Source: Kiritimatiellia bacterium (lineage in GTDB: Bacteria > Verrucomicrobiota > Kiritimatiellia > RFP12 > UBA1067). Taken from it: a stretch of 64,000 nt of DNA. The notes beneath the pieces were generated by a model. The model did no database searches. It was not told the origin of the DNA and saw nothing but the letters and a program-made list of their open reading frames with translations. The stretch is from assembly GCA_045627925.1 (NCBI GenBank), contig JAZQOS010000022.1, positions 64,063 through 128,062 on the forward strand, given 5' to 3'. The translations under genes and the position numbers were made by a program. The first letter of the stretch is position 1. Every line of letters starts with the position of its first letter. Positions 37,306 through 46,993 of the stretch are shown one piece after another.

Positions 37306-37782
37306 TTAAGCCACCGGCGGCAGCGCGAAGAGCAAGACGAGGTTCACCGCGTTGAAAAGCGCGTGTGAAACAATCGGGCACCAAATCGCGCCCGTTCGCT
37401 TGTAGAGTGCGCACTGCATCATGCCGAACGCGAAAAGCGCGATGAACGCGTTGTCCGGGAACGGCTGGAAGAGGTAGTGCGCCGCCGAGAAGAGCGCCGC
37501 CGAGAGGATGGCGAGCGACCATTCGCGTTGGGGTTTGTGGACCTTCCAGCAAAGATACCGGAAGAGAAATTCCTCAATCGCCGGGGTGATGCACACGATG
37601 TAGACGCAAAGCCCGAGGAACTTGAGATTCCAACCCGCCGAGTTCTTGACGAGGTCGAGATTCGCCTGATCGGGAAGCTCGATGCCGAAAAGGTCGGCGA
37701 TTATCTGAGTGAGATGGCAAAGTCCGATGGTAATCGCGGTAATCGCGACCCACCAGACAAGCGTCGTTTTCAGCTTCTTCAC
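37306..37782 (-). CDS. CPBP-family (CAAX/Abi) intramembrane glutamic protease
   Basis: Motifs EEFLFRYL, FSAAHY and HALFNAV within a multi-TM 158-aa protein. Confidence 0.85.
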   Translation of the reverse strand: MKKLKTTLVWWVAITAITIGLCHLTQIIADLFGIELPDQANLDLVKNSAGWNLKFLGLCVYIVCITPAIEEFLFRYLCWKVHKPQREWSLAILSAALFSAAHYLFQPFPDNAFIALFAFGMMQCALYKRTGAIWCPIVSHALFNAVNLVLLFALPPVA

Positions 37783-39587
37783 GCCTTGGGCTCTTCCTTA
37801 GCGCCGTCGGTGCCGCGAATCTTGATGTGGAGTTCGCGAAGCTGCTGCTCGGTCACGTAGTTCGGCGCGTTCATCATAAGGTGCTGCGGCTTCTGATTCA
37901 TCGGGATGGCGCTGACTTCGCGGATGTTGGGCGTGTCGGTGAGAAGCATTACCATGCGGTCGACGCCCGGTGCGATTCCGCCGTGCGGCGGTGCGCCGAA
38001 CTGGAACGCATTGTAGAGACAGCCGAACTTCTGCTGAACTACTTCCTTCGGGTAGCCCGCGATCTCGAATGCCTTTTCCATGATGTCGATGCGGTGGTTG
38101 CGAATCGCACCCGAGCTGAGTTCGATGCCGTTGCAGACGACGTCGTACTGATACGCCTCGATCTCCAACGGCTTCTTGCCTGTCAGCGCCTCCAACCCGC
38201 CTTGCGGCATCGAGAAGGGGTTGTGCGAGAAGATGATCTTCCCGGTTTCGGGATCCTTCTCGTAGAACGGGAAGTCGACGATCCAGCAGAACTTGTAGCA
38301 ATTGTGCTCGCGGATGTCGTTCGTCAGGTGGTCGGCGATGTCGTTACGGACGAGCCCCGAGAGCCGGTTGCACTCGTCCACGTCCGCGGCCATGAAAAAG
38401 AGCGCGTCGCCTTTCTCCATGCCGGCGAGCTTCTTCATTTCTTCGAGCTGATCGGCGGAGAGGAATTTCGCGATCGGTCCCTTGAGCTCTCCTTCCTTCG
38501 TCCAGGAGATGTAGCCGAGGCCCTTGCCGCCGTTTTCCTTGACGAACGCCTCGCGCTTGTCGAACCATGTGCGGGTTTCGACGCCGACGATACCCTTGAC
38601 CAAAAGACCCTTGACGAGCCCGCCGTTTTGAACGCAGCTCGCGAACGCCTTGAAGTCCGCCTTCGCGAAGAACTCCGACATGTCGAACCATTTGAGCGGG
38701 TTGCGAAGATCGGGCTTGTCGGAGCCGTAAACCATCATCGCGTCGCGATACTTGATGCGCGGCCACGGCGCGCTGTTGCAAGTCCACTTCGAGAACTCCT
38801 TGAAAGTCGCTCCGACGACGTCTTCGACGACGGCGAAGATCTCGTCTTGCGTTACGTAGCTCATCTCGATATCGAGCTGGTAGAACTCGCCCGGACTGCG
38901 GTCGGCGCGCGCGGCCTCGCCGCGGGAGCACGGCGCGATCTGGAAGTAGCGGTCGAAGCCCGAGACCATCAAAAGCTGCTTGAACATCTGCGGCGCCTGC
39001 GGGAGGGCGTAGAACATTCCGCGATGGATGCGGCTCGGCACGAGATAGTCGCGCGCGCCCTCGGGCGACGAAGCGGTGAGAATCGGCGTCTGGAATTCGT
39101 TGAATCCCTTCTTCCACATTTGCTCGCGCAGGAACTTGATGGCCTTCGAGCGGAGAATGATGTTGTTGTGGAGCTTCTCGCGCCGGAGATCGAGGTAGCG
39201 GTGTTTAAGCCGAACGTCCTCGCTCTCGTCGGCCTTTTCGTCGGGAACGTAAATCGGGGTCGCCGCGCTCGCCGACTCCATAATAAGCTCGTTCGCCTCG
39301 ATTTCGATTTCACCGGTCGGCAGATCGGGGTTGATCGTATCGGGCGTACGGAGCTTCACTTCGCCGGTTACGGTAATGACCGATTCGAGGTGGGCCTTTT
39401 CGACGAGCGAGAAGAAGCTGCGCGAAGGATGGACTACGACCTGCGTAAGCCCGTAATGGTCGCGGAGGTCCACGAAGAGGATGCCGCCGTGGTCGCGCAG
39501 GCGGAACATCCAGCCCGAAATCTTAACCGTCTTGCCCGCGTCCGAGGCGCGGAGTTCGTTGCAAGTGTGTGTACGATAAGGATGCAT
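37779..39587 (-). CDS. aspS: Aspartate--tRNA ligase
   Basis: MHPYRTHTCNELR..., the class II motifs FYQIAPCSRGE.. and GGIAPGVDR, and a GGAG Shine-Dalgarno. The upstream extension in the ORF track is rejected. Confidence 0.95.
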   Translation of the reverse strand: MHPYRTHTCNELRASDAGKTVKISGWMFRLRDHGGILFVDLRDHYGLTQVVVHPSRSFFSLVEKAHLESVITVTGEVKLRTPDTINPDLPTGEIEIEANELIMESASAATPIYVPDEKADESEDVRLKHRYLDLRREKLHNNIILRSKAIKFLREQMWKKGFNEFQTPILTASSPEGARDYLVPSRIHRGMFYALPQAPQMFKQLLMVSGFDRYFQIAPCSRGEAARADRSPGEFYQLDIEMSYVTQDEIFAVVEDVVGATFKEFSKWTCNSAPWPRIKYRDAMMVYGSDKPDLRNPLKWFDMSEFFAKADFKAFASCVQNGGLVKGLLVKGIVGVETRTWFDKREAFVKENGGKGLGYISWTKEGELKGPIAKFLSADQLEEMKKLAGMEKGDALFFMAADVDECNRLSGLVRNDIADHLTNDIREHNCYKFCWIVDFPFYEKDPETGKIIFSHNPFSMPQGGLEALTGKKPLEIEAYQYDVVCNGIELSSGAIRNHRIDIMEKAFEIAGYPKEVVQQKFGCLYNAFQFGAPPHGGIAPGVDRMVMLLTDTPNIREVSAIPMNQKPQHLMMNAPNYVTEQQLRELHIKIRGTDGAKEEPKA

Positions 39588-39611
39588 GATGATTTCTCCA
39601 AATTGCCGCGT

Positions 39612-39635
39612 ATTATAGCATAAATTTGGTATACT
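39612..39635. promoter_or_regulatory. Back-to-back extended -10 boxes for divergent aspS (minus) and rsmE (plus)
   Basis: Minus strand: the reverse complement of 39612-39620 is TGCTATAAT, followed by a 24-nt leader with GGAG. Plus strand: TGGTATACT at 39627-39635, 10 nt before ATG 39646, with no Shine-Dalgarno. Confidence 0.5.
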
Positions 39636-39645
39636 ATCCATCGCA

Positions 39646-40356
39646 ATGCATCGCTTTTTAGTGCCAAATGAATTGTTGAAGGAGCCTTCGCCGACGCTAC
39701 CGAAGGACGCCGCGAACCATCTTAAGGTCGTGCGCGTCAAGGATGGCGAGGAAATCGAGCTTTTTGATGGGCGCGGCTCGTATCGTAGATACGCCTATAA
39801 CGCCTCTCGGCTTACCCCCGTCTCTGCCGTCGATTCCGTAGCCGCGAGTTCCTTGAAGCTTACGCTTTTCGCCTGCATCACCAAGGGATCGCGTTGGGAT
39901 TGGACGCTCGAAAAGGCGACGGAGATCGGGGTGACGCGGATTGTGCCGGTTGTTTCCGAGCGGACGATCGTTCGCATTCCCGCGTCCGAACGCGAGTCGA
40001 AGCGCGAGCGGTACTTGCGGATTGTTGAAGACGCGGTTCGCCAGTCGGGGTCGTATTGGGTTCCCGAAGTGCTGCCGCCGACCGATTTCTCCGAGGCCGT
40101 GAAACTCGCGGAAGCGACGACGGGTTTCGTCGGGGCGCTTATGGAGACGCCGCCGAAACCGCTCGCCGAAGCCGTTCGGGCGACGAAGAGCCAAGATCTT
40201 TCGGTGTTCATCGGGCCCGAGGGGGATTTTACGCCGGAAGAGCTCGCGCGGCTTCTCGAAAAGCTAACTCCCGTATCGCTCGGCCCGACCGTGCTTCGCG
40301 CCGAAACCGCCTCTATCTACGCAATAAGCGTAATAAAAGCAGTAGCTGCGCGTTAG
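39646..40356 (+). CDS. rsmE: 16S rRNA (uracil1498-N3)-methyltransferase
   Basis: MHRFLV N-terminus, FIGPEGDFTPEE and VSLGPTVLRAETA motifs, 236 aa. Confidence 0.85.
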   Translation: MHRFLVPNELLKEPSPTLPKDAANHLKVVRVKDGEEIELFDGRGSYRRYAYNASRLTPVSAVDSVAASSLKLTLFACITKGSRWDWTLEKATEIGVTRIVPVVSERTIVRIPASERESKRERYLRIVEDAVRQSGSYWVPEVLPPTDFSEAVKLAEATTGFVGALMETPPKPLAEAVRATKSQDLSVFIGPEGDFTPEELARLLEKLTPVSLGPTVLRAETASIYAISVIKAVAAR

Positions 40357-40385
40357 CGCCACCTTCCGTTCCGAAGTGACGCTAT

Positions 40386-40397
40386 TTATGATATAAT
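40386..40397 (+). promoter_or_regulatory. Extended -10 element TTATGATATAAT, 7 nt upstream of the GH2 ATG
   Basis: TGA-TATAAT at 40389-40397, then ACGCAAT, then ATG 40405. No Shine-Dalgarno is present. Confidence 0.45.
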
Positions 40398-40404
40398 ACG
40401 CAAT

Positions 40405-42903
40405 ATGATGATGCGTATAAAATCGGTACTGGCGGTAGGATTGGTTTTTACGGCGCTTCTCGGCTTTGCGGGCGAGCGCACGAGCTTCGATTTCGACTGG
40501 AAGTTCAAATACTTCGGTCGAGACGTTCCCGACGTCGGAAGCGCGGTTCCGGAAGCGGCGAAGCCGAACTATAACGAAGCGGAGTTCAAGAGCGTGCAAC
40601 TGCCGCACGACTGGGCGATTGAAAGCCCGTTTCTGGCGGATGAGCCGAACGAAACCGGCAAACTCCCTTGGAACGGCCACGGCTGGTATCGCAAGACCTT
40701 TAAGGTGAGCCGCTTCAATCGCGACCACGATCGCTACTTCATCGACTTCGAGGGCGTAATGGCCCAACCGAAGGTCTACATCAACGGCGAGAAGGCGGGC
40801 GAGTGGGCGTACGGCTACGCCTCCTTCCGCATCGACGCGACGCCGTTTCTGAAGGAAGGCGAGAATCTGATCGCGGTCATGGCCTCGAATCGTCCGAGCT
40901 CGACGCGCTGGTATCCGGGCGCGGGTATCTATCGCCACGTGTGGCTCGAAAAGACCGACGTCGTCCACCTCGCCAACTGGGGCGTCTACGTAACTACGCC
41001 GGAGATCAAGAGTTCCTCCGCCAAGGTGCGGGTCGTCACCACCGTCGATAACGAGGGAACGCGCGACAAGACGCTTACCGTTACCCAAACCGTCGGCAAC
41101 AAGACGACTTCGGGCGAGCTCAAGGTCGCCGCCGGCAAGAGCGCGGAGATCGAGCAGTTCCTTACGCTTTCCAATCCCCGGCTTTGGAGTGTCGACGAGC
41201 CGAAGCTCTACAAGCTCGAAACCGTCGTCGCCGAAGGCAAGAAGGAAATCGACTCCAAGACCACGGTCTTCGGCGTCAGGACGATCGAATGGCGGGTCGA
41301 CGGCTTTTATCTGAACGGCAAGCGTCTGCAACTCAACGGCGTTTGCGAACACCACGATTTGGGCCCGCTCGGCAGCGCCTTCTATCGGCGCGGTTACGAG
41401 CGCAAGATTCGCAAGCTCAAGGCGATGGGCTGCAACTCGATTCGCATGACCCACAATCCGCCCGCGCCGGAAGTGCTGGACCTTTGCGACCGTATGGGCG
41501 TTGTCGTATTGGACGAGCTTTTCGACATCTGGAAGCACCAAAAGTACGACAAGTACAACGGCTACCATCGTTACTGGCCGGAGTGGTGGAAGAAGGACGT
41601 GAAGAACTTCGTGATGCGCGACCGCAACCATCCTTGCGTAATCGCGTGGAGCGGTGGCAACGAAATTGCCGAAATCACCACTTCCGACGGAGTGCAGATC
41701 TCGAACGACCTGCGTGCCGAGTTCAAGAAGTACGATACGACTCGTCCCTATACGGTCGGCACCAACGCTTCGCAGGGAATGGACAACGGCTTCCAGAATA
41801 CCGAGGACGTCTTCGGCTTTAATTACAAGCCCCACCTCTACAAGCGCTTCCACGAGGTAAACCCCAAGAAGCCGCTTTACGGCTCGGAAACGGCTTCGGC
41901 CGTGGCGACGCGCGACACCTACTTCTTCCCGATGGGTTGGGGCGGCGGCAGCGGTCAGCAAAACTTCCAGGTCAGCTCCTGGGGAACTTCGGCGGTGCCT
42001 TGGGGCTATTGGCCCGATACCGAATTCGCCGCGCAAAAGAACAACTATCCCAAGGTCGCCGGCGAATACGTCTGGACGGGTTTCGACTACATCGGCGAAC
42101 CCACTCCCTATAATCAAGATCGCTCCAACGCCGGTAACTTCAAGGACTTGCCGGAAGCGGAAATGAAAAAGATGATGGAGCAGCTGGAGAAGACTGGCAA
42201 CAAGGCTCCGAGTCGCAGCTCCTATTTCGGGATTATCGACCTCGCGGGCTTCCCCAAGGACACCTATTACCTCTACCAAAGCGTTTGGGCGCCCGAAGTC
42301 AAGCAGGCGCACATCTTGCCTCACTGGAACTGGAAGGGTCGTGAGGGTCAAGTTACTCCGGTTATGGTGTATTCGAGCGGCGACGAGGCGGAGCTCTTTT
42401 TGAATGGCAAGAGCATGGGCGTGAAGAAGCGCGGCGAAGGCGCCCACAGCGAATTCCGTTTCTTCTGGGATAACGTCAAATACGAACCCGGCAAGTTGGA
42501 AGTGAAGGTCAGGAAGGGCGGCAAGCCCTGGGCGGAGGCGAAGCGCGTTACGACTGGCGAAACTGCTTCGATCGTCGCGACCGATATCGACCGCAAGACG
42601 CTTAAAGGGAATGGTCGCGATCTCGCCTACATCGAACTCGCCACCGTCGACAAGGACGGCGAGGTCGTCCCGACCGACTGCCGCGAAGTTGCGTTCAAGG
42701 TCGAAGGCGACGCGGCGAAGCTTATCGGCTTTTGCAACGGCAACCCCATCGACTGGACGTGCATGCAGGATATGCGCCAAAAGTTCTTCAACGGCCGAAT
42801 CGTCGCCGTCTTGCGCGGCGAGAAGGGTGCGAAGGGCAAGGCGACGGTAGTCGTCGGCTCGAAAGGTCTTAAACCGCTCAAACTCGAATTCGAGGTGGAA
42901 TGA
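40405..42903 (+). CDS. Glycoside hydrolase family 2 (beta-galactosidase/beta-glucuronidase-like), secreted
   Basis: Signal peptide, then FDFDWKF, LPHDWAIE, GVCEHHD, IRMTHNP, and NHPCVIAWSGGNEI (acid/base Glu). Confidence 0.9.
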   Translation: MMMRIKSVLAVGLVFTALLGFAGERTSFDFDWKFKYFGRDVPDVGSAVPEAAKPNYNEAEFKSVQLPHDWAIESPFLADEPNETGKLPWNGHGWYRKTFKVSRFNRDHDRYFIDFEGVMAQPKVYINGEKAGEWAYGYASFRIDATPFLKEGENLIAVMASNRPSSTRWYPGAGIYRHVWLEKTDVVHLANWGVYVTTPEIKSSSAKVRVVTTVDNEGTRDKTLTVTQTVGNKTTSGELKVAAGKSAEIEQFLTLSNPRLWSVDEPKLYKLETVVAEGKKEIDSKTTVFGVRTIEWRVDGFYLNGKRLQLNGVCEHHDLGPLGSAFYRRGYERKIRKLKAMGCNSIRMTHNPPAPEVLDLCDRMGVVVLDELFDIWKHQKYDKYNGYHRYWPEWWKKDVKNFVMRDRNHPCVIAWSGGNEIAEITTSDGVQISNDLRAEFKKYDTTRPYTVGTNASQGMDNGFQNTEDVFGFNYKPHLYKRFHEVNPKKPLYGSETASAVATRDTYFFPMGWGGGSGQQNFQVSSWGTSAVPWGYWPDTEFAAQKNNYPKVAGEYVWTGFDYIGEPTPYNQDRSNAGNFKDLPEAEMKKMMEQLEKTGNKAPSRSSYFGIIDLAGFPKDTYYLYQSVWAPEVKQAHILPHWNWKGREGQVTPVMVYSSGDEAELFLNGKSMGVKKRGEGAHSEFRFFWDNVKYEPGKLEVKVRKGGKPWAEAKRVTTGETASIVATDIDRKTLKGNGRDLAYIELATVDKDGEVVPTDCREVAFKVEGDAAKLIGFCNGNPIDWTCMQDMRQKFFNGRIVAVLRGEKGAKGKATVVVGSKGLKPLKLEFEVE

Positions 42904-44711
42904 TGAAAAAACTCGCAATCATCGGCTCGGCTTTCGCCGCGCTTACTATGTTCGCGCTTCCGGCTGACGCCGAGCCGATTCCCTTCCGTGGAGTAGTCGA
43001 AGGTTACTACGGTCGCCCGTGGGGAACCGAGGGTCGGCTCTCGCTTTTGAAGTTCATGGGCGAAGTCGGGATGAATACCTTTATTTACGGTCCGAAGGAC
43101 GACCCGTATCACCACGGCCGCTGGCGCGATGAATACCCGAAAGATCAGGCGGAGGACTTTAAGAAGATTCTCGCGGTTGCGAAGAAGAACAAGATTCACT
43201 TCTATTGGGCGATTCACTTGGGCGGCGCGTTCGACGGCAGCGAAAAGGACTACGCGGCGCTCTTCAAGAAATTCGAGGCGATGTACGCGCTCGGCTTCCG
43301 CGCCTTCGCCGCGTTCTTCGACGACTTCGGCGGCTCCGACGCCGAGGGCCACGCGAGGATCTGCAATCGAATTCTCCACGACTTTCTGGAGAAGAAGGGC
43401 GACTGCGCGCCGCTCGTCATGTGCCCGAACGTCTATTGGGGCAATGGTTCCCACGATTACCAGAAGACGCTCGGCGAAAAGCTCGATCAGAAGATCAACA
43501 TTATGTGGACCGGCGGTTGGATTTGCTCCGATATTCGCGCGAACGACGTCGCGGGCGTTACCAAGGCGTTTCGCCGTCCTCCGTTCATTTGGTGGAACTG
43601 GCCGGTGAACGATTATTGCCGCTCCAAGCTGCTCCTCGGCCGCACTTACGGGTGCGACGACGTGAAGTACGCGGGCTTCGTTAAGTACGCGGGCTTCGTT
43701 TCCAATCCGATGGAGAACTGCGAGGCGAACAAGATCGCGCTTTACGGCGTTGCGAAGTGGGCGCTCGATCCCGCTAATTTCGATTCGGTCGCGACGTGGA
43801 ACGAGTCCTTTGAAAAGCTCTATCCGCCGAAGGTGGCCGCGGCGATGAAAGTTTTCGCGACCCACAACTCCGACCAAGGCCCGAATGGCCACGGTTACCG
43901 GCGCGAGGAATCGGTCGGCGTTACGGACTGGAAGGCCGAGGTGCAGAAGATTCACGCGGCGGTTCGGGTTTTGAAGGAAGAACTTCCGAAGGTCAACTCC
44001 AATCTCTTCTGGGAGATTGAGGGCTGGCTCGACCATCAGGATTACCAGGCGGCGATCGGTCGGCTCGCGTTCAAGCTCGCGGAAACGAAGAAGGACGCCG
44101 AGCGCAAGGCGATCGTCAAGAAGATTATCAAGCTCAAAACCGAGCAGGCGGCAGCTGACGAGCGCCATCGCGAGAAATTCGCGGCGGCGACTTTCGGCGG
44201 TGACAAGGGCCACATGAAATCCCCGATGACCGCGCTTAAGCTCGAAGAGACGATTAAGGGGATTATCGCCTCCGAGCTTAACATCAAGGCCGATCCACCG
44301 AAGGCGTTCTCGCGCGTCGCCGCGCTCAAAAAGCCGGTTGCGGCTCGCGAAGGCAAGTTCATTCGCATCCAGAAGATTCAAGAGCAGACCAAGGTCGCGC
44401 CCGGAGAGTTTTTCGGCTTCGTCGCGCCGAAGACGGTGAAGGTCAATTACTTCCACGCGAAGTTCGATTCGTCCGAACCTTCCAAGCACGGCAAGATCGA
44501 GCTTTCCAAGGATTTCGGCAAGACCTGGCAGGCGCTCGAAACCGACAACAAGGGTAACGACATGCAGTCGCGCCTTAAAGTCGAGGACGGCTGGAACGCC
44601 GCGCGCTACATCAACACTTCGTCCGAACCGGTGACCTTGAAGCTCGACGAGTTCAAGTTCGACGTCGATTCCGACGACGAGGTCGTCTTGATGGAAGAAT
44701 TTGTCAAGTAA
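42900..44711 (+). CDS. GH84-family beta-N-acetylglucosaminidase (O-GlcNAcase/NagJ-like) with a C-terminal discoidin/CBM32-like domain, secreted
   Basis: ATGA overlap with the GH2 stop. Signal peptide. FRGVVEGYYGRPW, FIYGPKDDPYH, the catalytic DD in AAFFDDFGG, and the NPME motif. Confidence 0.85.
   Translation: MMKKLAIIGSAFAALTMFALPADAEPIPFRGVVEGYYGRPWGTEGRLSLLKFMGEVGMNTFIYGPKDDPYHHGRWRDEYPKDQAEDFKKILAVAKKNKIHFYWAIHLGGAFDGSEKDYAALFKKFEAMYALGFRAFAAFFDDFGGSDAEGHARICNRILHDFLEKKGDCAPLVMCPNVYWGNGSHDYQKTLGEKLDQKINIMWTGGWICSDIRANDVAGVTKAFRRPPFIWWNWPVNDYCRSKLLLGRTYGCDDVKYAGFVKYAGFVSNPMENCEANKIALYGVAKWALDPANFDSVATWNESFEKLYPPKVAAAMKVFATHNSDQGPNGHGYRREESVGVTDWKAEVQKIHAAVRVLKEELPKVNSNLFWEIEGWLDHQDYQAAIGRLAFKLAETKKDAERKAIVKKIIKLKTEQAAADERHREKFAAATFGGDKGHMKSPMTALKLEETIKGIIASELNIKADPPKAFSRVAALKKPVAAREGKFIRIQKIQEQTKVAPGEFFGFVAPKTVKVNYFHAKFDSSEPSKHGKIELSKDFGKTWQALETDNKGNDMQSRLKVEDGWNAARYINTSSEPVTLKLDEFKFDVDSDDEVVLMEEFVK
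43665..43700 (+). repeat. Perfect in-frame 18-bp tandem duplication (AAGTACGCGGGCTTCGTT x2) inside GH84
   Basis: It encodes KYAGFV-KYAGFV immediately before SNPME. The two copies are identical at all 18 positions. Confidence 0.95.
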
Positions 44712-44738
44712 TTCCAAACCAAGGGAGCAACTCGCAAA

Positions 44739-45779
44739 ATGCAAATGATGAAGGCAATCGCCAAGGTCGCGCCCCAGCGCGGCGTTGAACTCGTGGAGAA
44801 GCCGATTCCCGAAGTCGGGATCAACGACGTTCTCATCAAAATCAAGAAAACCGCGATCTGTGGAACCGACGTCCATATCTACGATTGGAACAGCTGGGCG
44901 CAGGAAACGATCAAGCCGCCGCTTACCATCGGCCACGAATACGTGGGCGAAGTCGTCGAGATCGGCTCGAACGTTAAAAGCGTCAAGGTCGGCGAGCGTG
45001 TCTCCGGCGAAGGCCACATCGTGTGCGGCCACTGCCGCAACTGCCGCGCCGGTCAGCGCCACCTCTGCCCCAACACCAAGGGCGTGGGCGTAAATCGCGA
45101 TGGCGCGTTCGCGGAATACCTCGCGATTCCCGAAACCAACGTCTGGCACTGCGATCCCTCGATTCCCGACGAACTCTACGCGATCTTCGATCCCTACGGT
45201 AACGCGACCCATACCGCGCTCTCCTTCAATATGGTCGGCGAGGACGTCCTCATTACCGGCGCGGGTCCGATTGGCTGCATGGCGGCGGGAATCTGCCGCT
45301 TCGTCGGTGCGCGGAACGTGGTCGTCGTGGACATTAACGACTATCGCCTCGGGCTCGCGAAGACGCTCGGCGCGACTCGTGTTGTTAACTCCAAGACCGA
45401 AAAGCTTACCGACGTCATGAAGGAACTCGGCATGGTCGAGGGCTTCGACATTGGCCTTGAAATGTCCGGCGCGGCGCCTTGCCTCAATCAGATGATCGAG
45501 ACGATGAACTGCGGTGGACGGATCGCGCTTCTCGGAATTCAGGGCAGCGAAACCAAGGTCAACTGGAACCACATCGTCTGGAAGGGCCTCAAGATCAAGG
45601 GCATCTACGGACGCGAAATGTTCGAAACGTGGTACAAGATGAGCGCAATGATCCAAGGCGGTCTCGATATCTCGAAGATCATCACCCATCGTTACGACTA
45701 CACCGATTTCGAGAAGGGCTTCCAAGATATGCTCGGCGGCAAGTCCGGCAAGGTAATCCTGAATTGGGAAAAAGCTTGA
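44739..45779 (+). CDS. tdh: L-threonine 3-dehydrogenase
   Basis: Zn-ADH motifs ICGTDVHIY and [12 protein letters not shown], and [14 protein letters not shown]. It is paired with kbl. Confidence 0.9.
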   Translation: MQMMKAIAKVAPQRGVELVEKPIPEVGINDVLIKIKKTAICGTDVHIYDWNSWAQETIKPPLTIGHEYVGEVVEIGSNVKSVKVGERVSGEGHIVCGHCRNCRAGQRHLCPNTKGVGVNRDGAFAEYLAIPETNVWHCDPSIPDELYAIFDPYGNATHTALSFNMVGEDVLITGAGPIGCMAAGICRFVGARNVVVVDINDYRLGLAKTLGATRVVNSKTEKLTDVMKELGMVEGFDIGLEMSGAAPCLNQMIETMNCGGRIALLGIQGSETKVNWNHIVWKGLKIKGIYGREMFETWYKMSAMIQGGLDISKIITHRYDYTDFEKGFQDMLGGKSGKVILNWEKA

Positions 45780-45814
45780 TTCAATATAAATTACAACCGA
45801 AAGGAAACTAAAAA

Positions 45815-46990
45815 ATGTACGGTAAATTCCAGGCGTATCTCCAAGAGACAATCGCCGACTTGAAGGCGAAATCGCTCTACAAAAACGAGAAGATCATCGC
45901 GACCCCGCAAGGTTCGACGGTGCTTCTCGACAACGGTACCAAGCTCATCAACATGTGCGCGAACAACTATCTCGGTCTCGCGAACCATCCCGAGATCGTC
46001 GAGGCCTCGCGCGAGGCGACGGCGAAGTACGGCTACGGCATGGGTTCGGTGCGCTTCATCTGCGGAACGGACACGCTCCACAAGAAGCTCGAGCGCACGG
46101 TCGCCGACTTCACCCACATGGACGACTGCATTCTCTTCGGCAGCTGCTTCGACGCGAATGGCGGCGTCTTCGAGGCGCTCCTTACTGCCGAGGACGCGAT
46201 TATCTCCGACGCCTTGAATCACGCTTCGATCATCGACGGCGTTCGGCTTTGCAAGGCCCAGCGCTATCGCTACGCCAACGGCGACATGGCCGATCTCGAA
46301 AAGCAGCTTCAGGCGGCGGATGAGAAGGGCGCGCGCTTCAAACTGATCGCGACCGATGGCGTCTTTTCGATGGACGGCATCATCGCGCCTTTGAAGGAGA
46401 TCTGCGATCTCGCCGACAAGTACAACGCGCTCGTTCTCGTCGACGACTCGCACGCGGTCGGCGTTCTCGGCGAGACCGGTGCGGGCTCGGTCGAGGATTG
46501 CGGCTGTCTCGGTCGCGTCGACATCATCACCGGCACCTTCGGCAAGGCCTTGGGCGGCGCTTCGGGCGGCTACATCGCCGCGCGTCAGGAGATCGTCGAC
46601 ATCCTCCGTCAGAAGGCGCGTCCCTATCTCTTCTCGAACGCGGTTCCGCCGCCGGTTGCCGCCGCCTCGATCAAGGCGATCGAGCTTGCGAAGGGCAACC
46701 CGAAGCTCCGCGCGCAGCTTAACGCGAACGCGAAGCAGTTCCGCGAAGGCATGACCAAGCTCGGCTTCGACCTCGTCCCCGGCCACCATCCGATCGTGCC
46801 GGTGATGCTCGGCGACGCCGCGGTAGCGGTGAAGATGAGTGATAACCTCTACAAGAACGGCGTCTACGCGACCGCGTTCTTCTATCCCGTCGTGCCGCAG
46901 GGCAAGGCGCGCATTCGCACCCAGATGTCCGCCTGCCACACGCCGGAGGAGATCGATTTCGCGATTCAGGCGTTCGCCAAGAGCCGGTAA
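45815..46990 (+). CDS. kbl: 2-amino-3-ketobutyrate CoA ligase (glycine C-acetyltransferase)
   Basis: NNYLGLANHP, the DDSHAVG and TFGKALGGASGG (PLP-Lys) motifs, and position downstream of tdh. Confidence 0.9.
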   Translation: MYGKFQAYLQETIADLKAKSLYKNEKIIATPQGSTVLLDNGTKLINMCANNYLGLANHPEIVEASREATAKYGYGMGSVRFICGTDTLHKKLERTVADFTHMDDCILFGSCFDANGGVFEALLTAEDAIISDALNHASIIDGVRLCKAQRYRYANGDMADLEKQLQAADEKGARFKLIATDGVFSMDGIIAPLKEICDLADKYNALVLVDDSHAVGVLGETGAGSVEDCGCLGRVDIITGTFGKALGGASGGYIAARQEIVDILRQKARPYLFSNAVPPPVAAASIKAIELAKGNPKLRAQLNANAKQFREGMTKLGFDLVPGHHPIVPVMLGDAAVAVKMSDNLYKNGVYATAFFYPVVPQGKARIRTQMSACHTPEEIDFAIQAFAKSR

Positions 46991-46993
46991 GCG

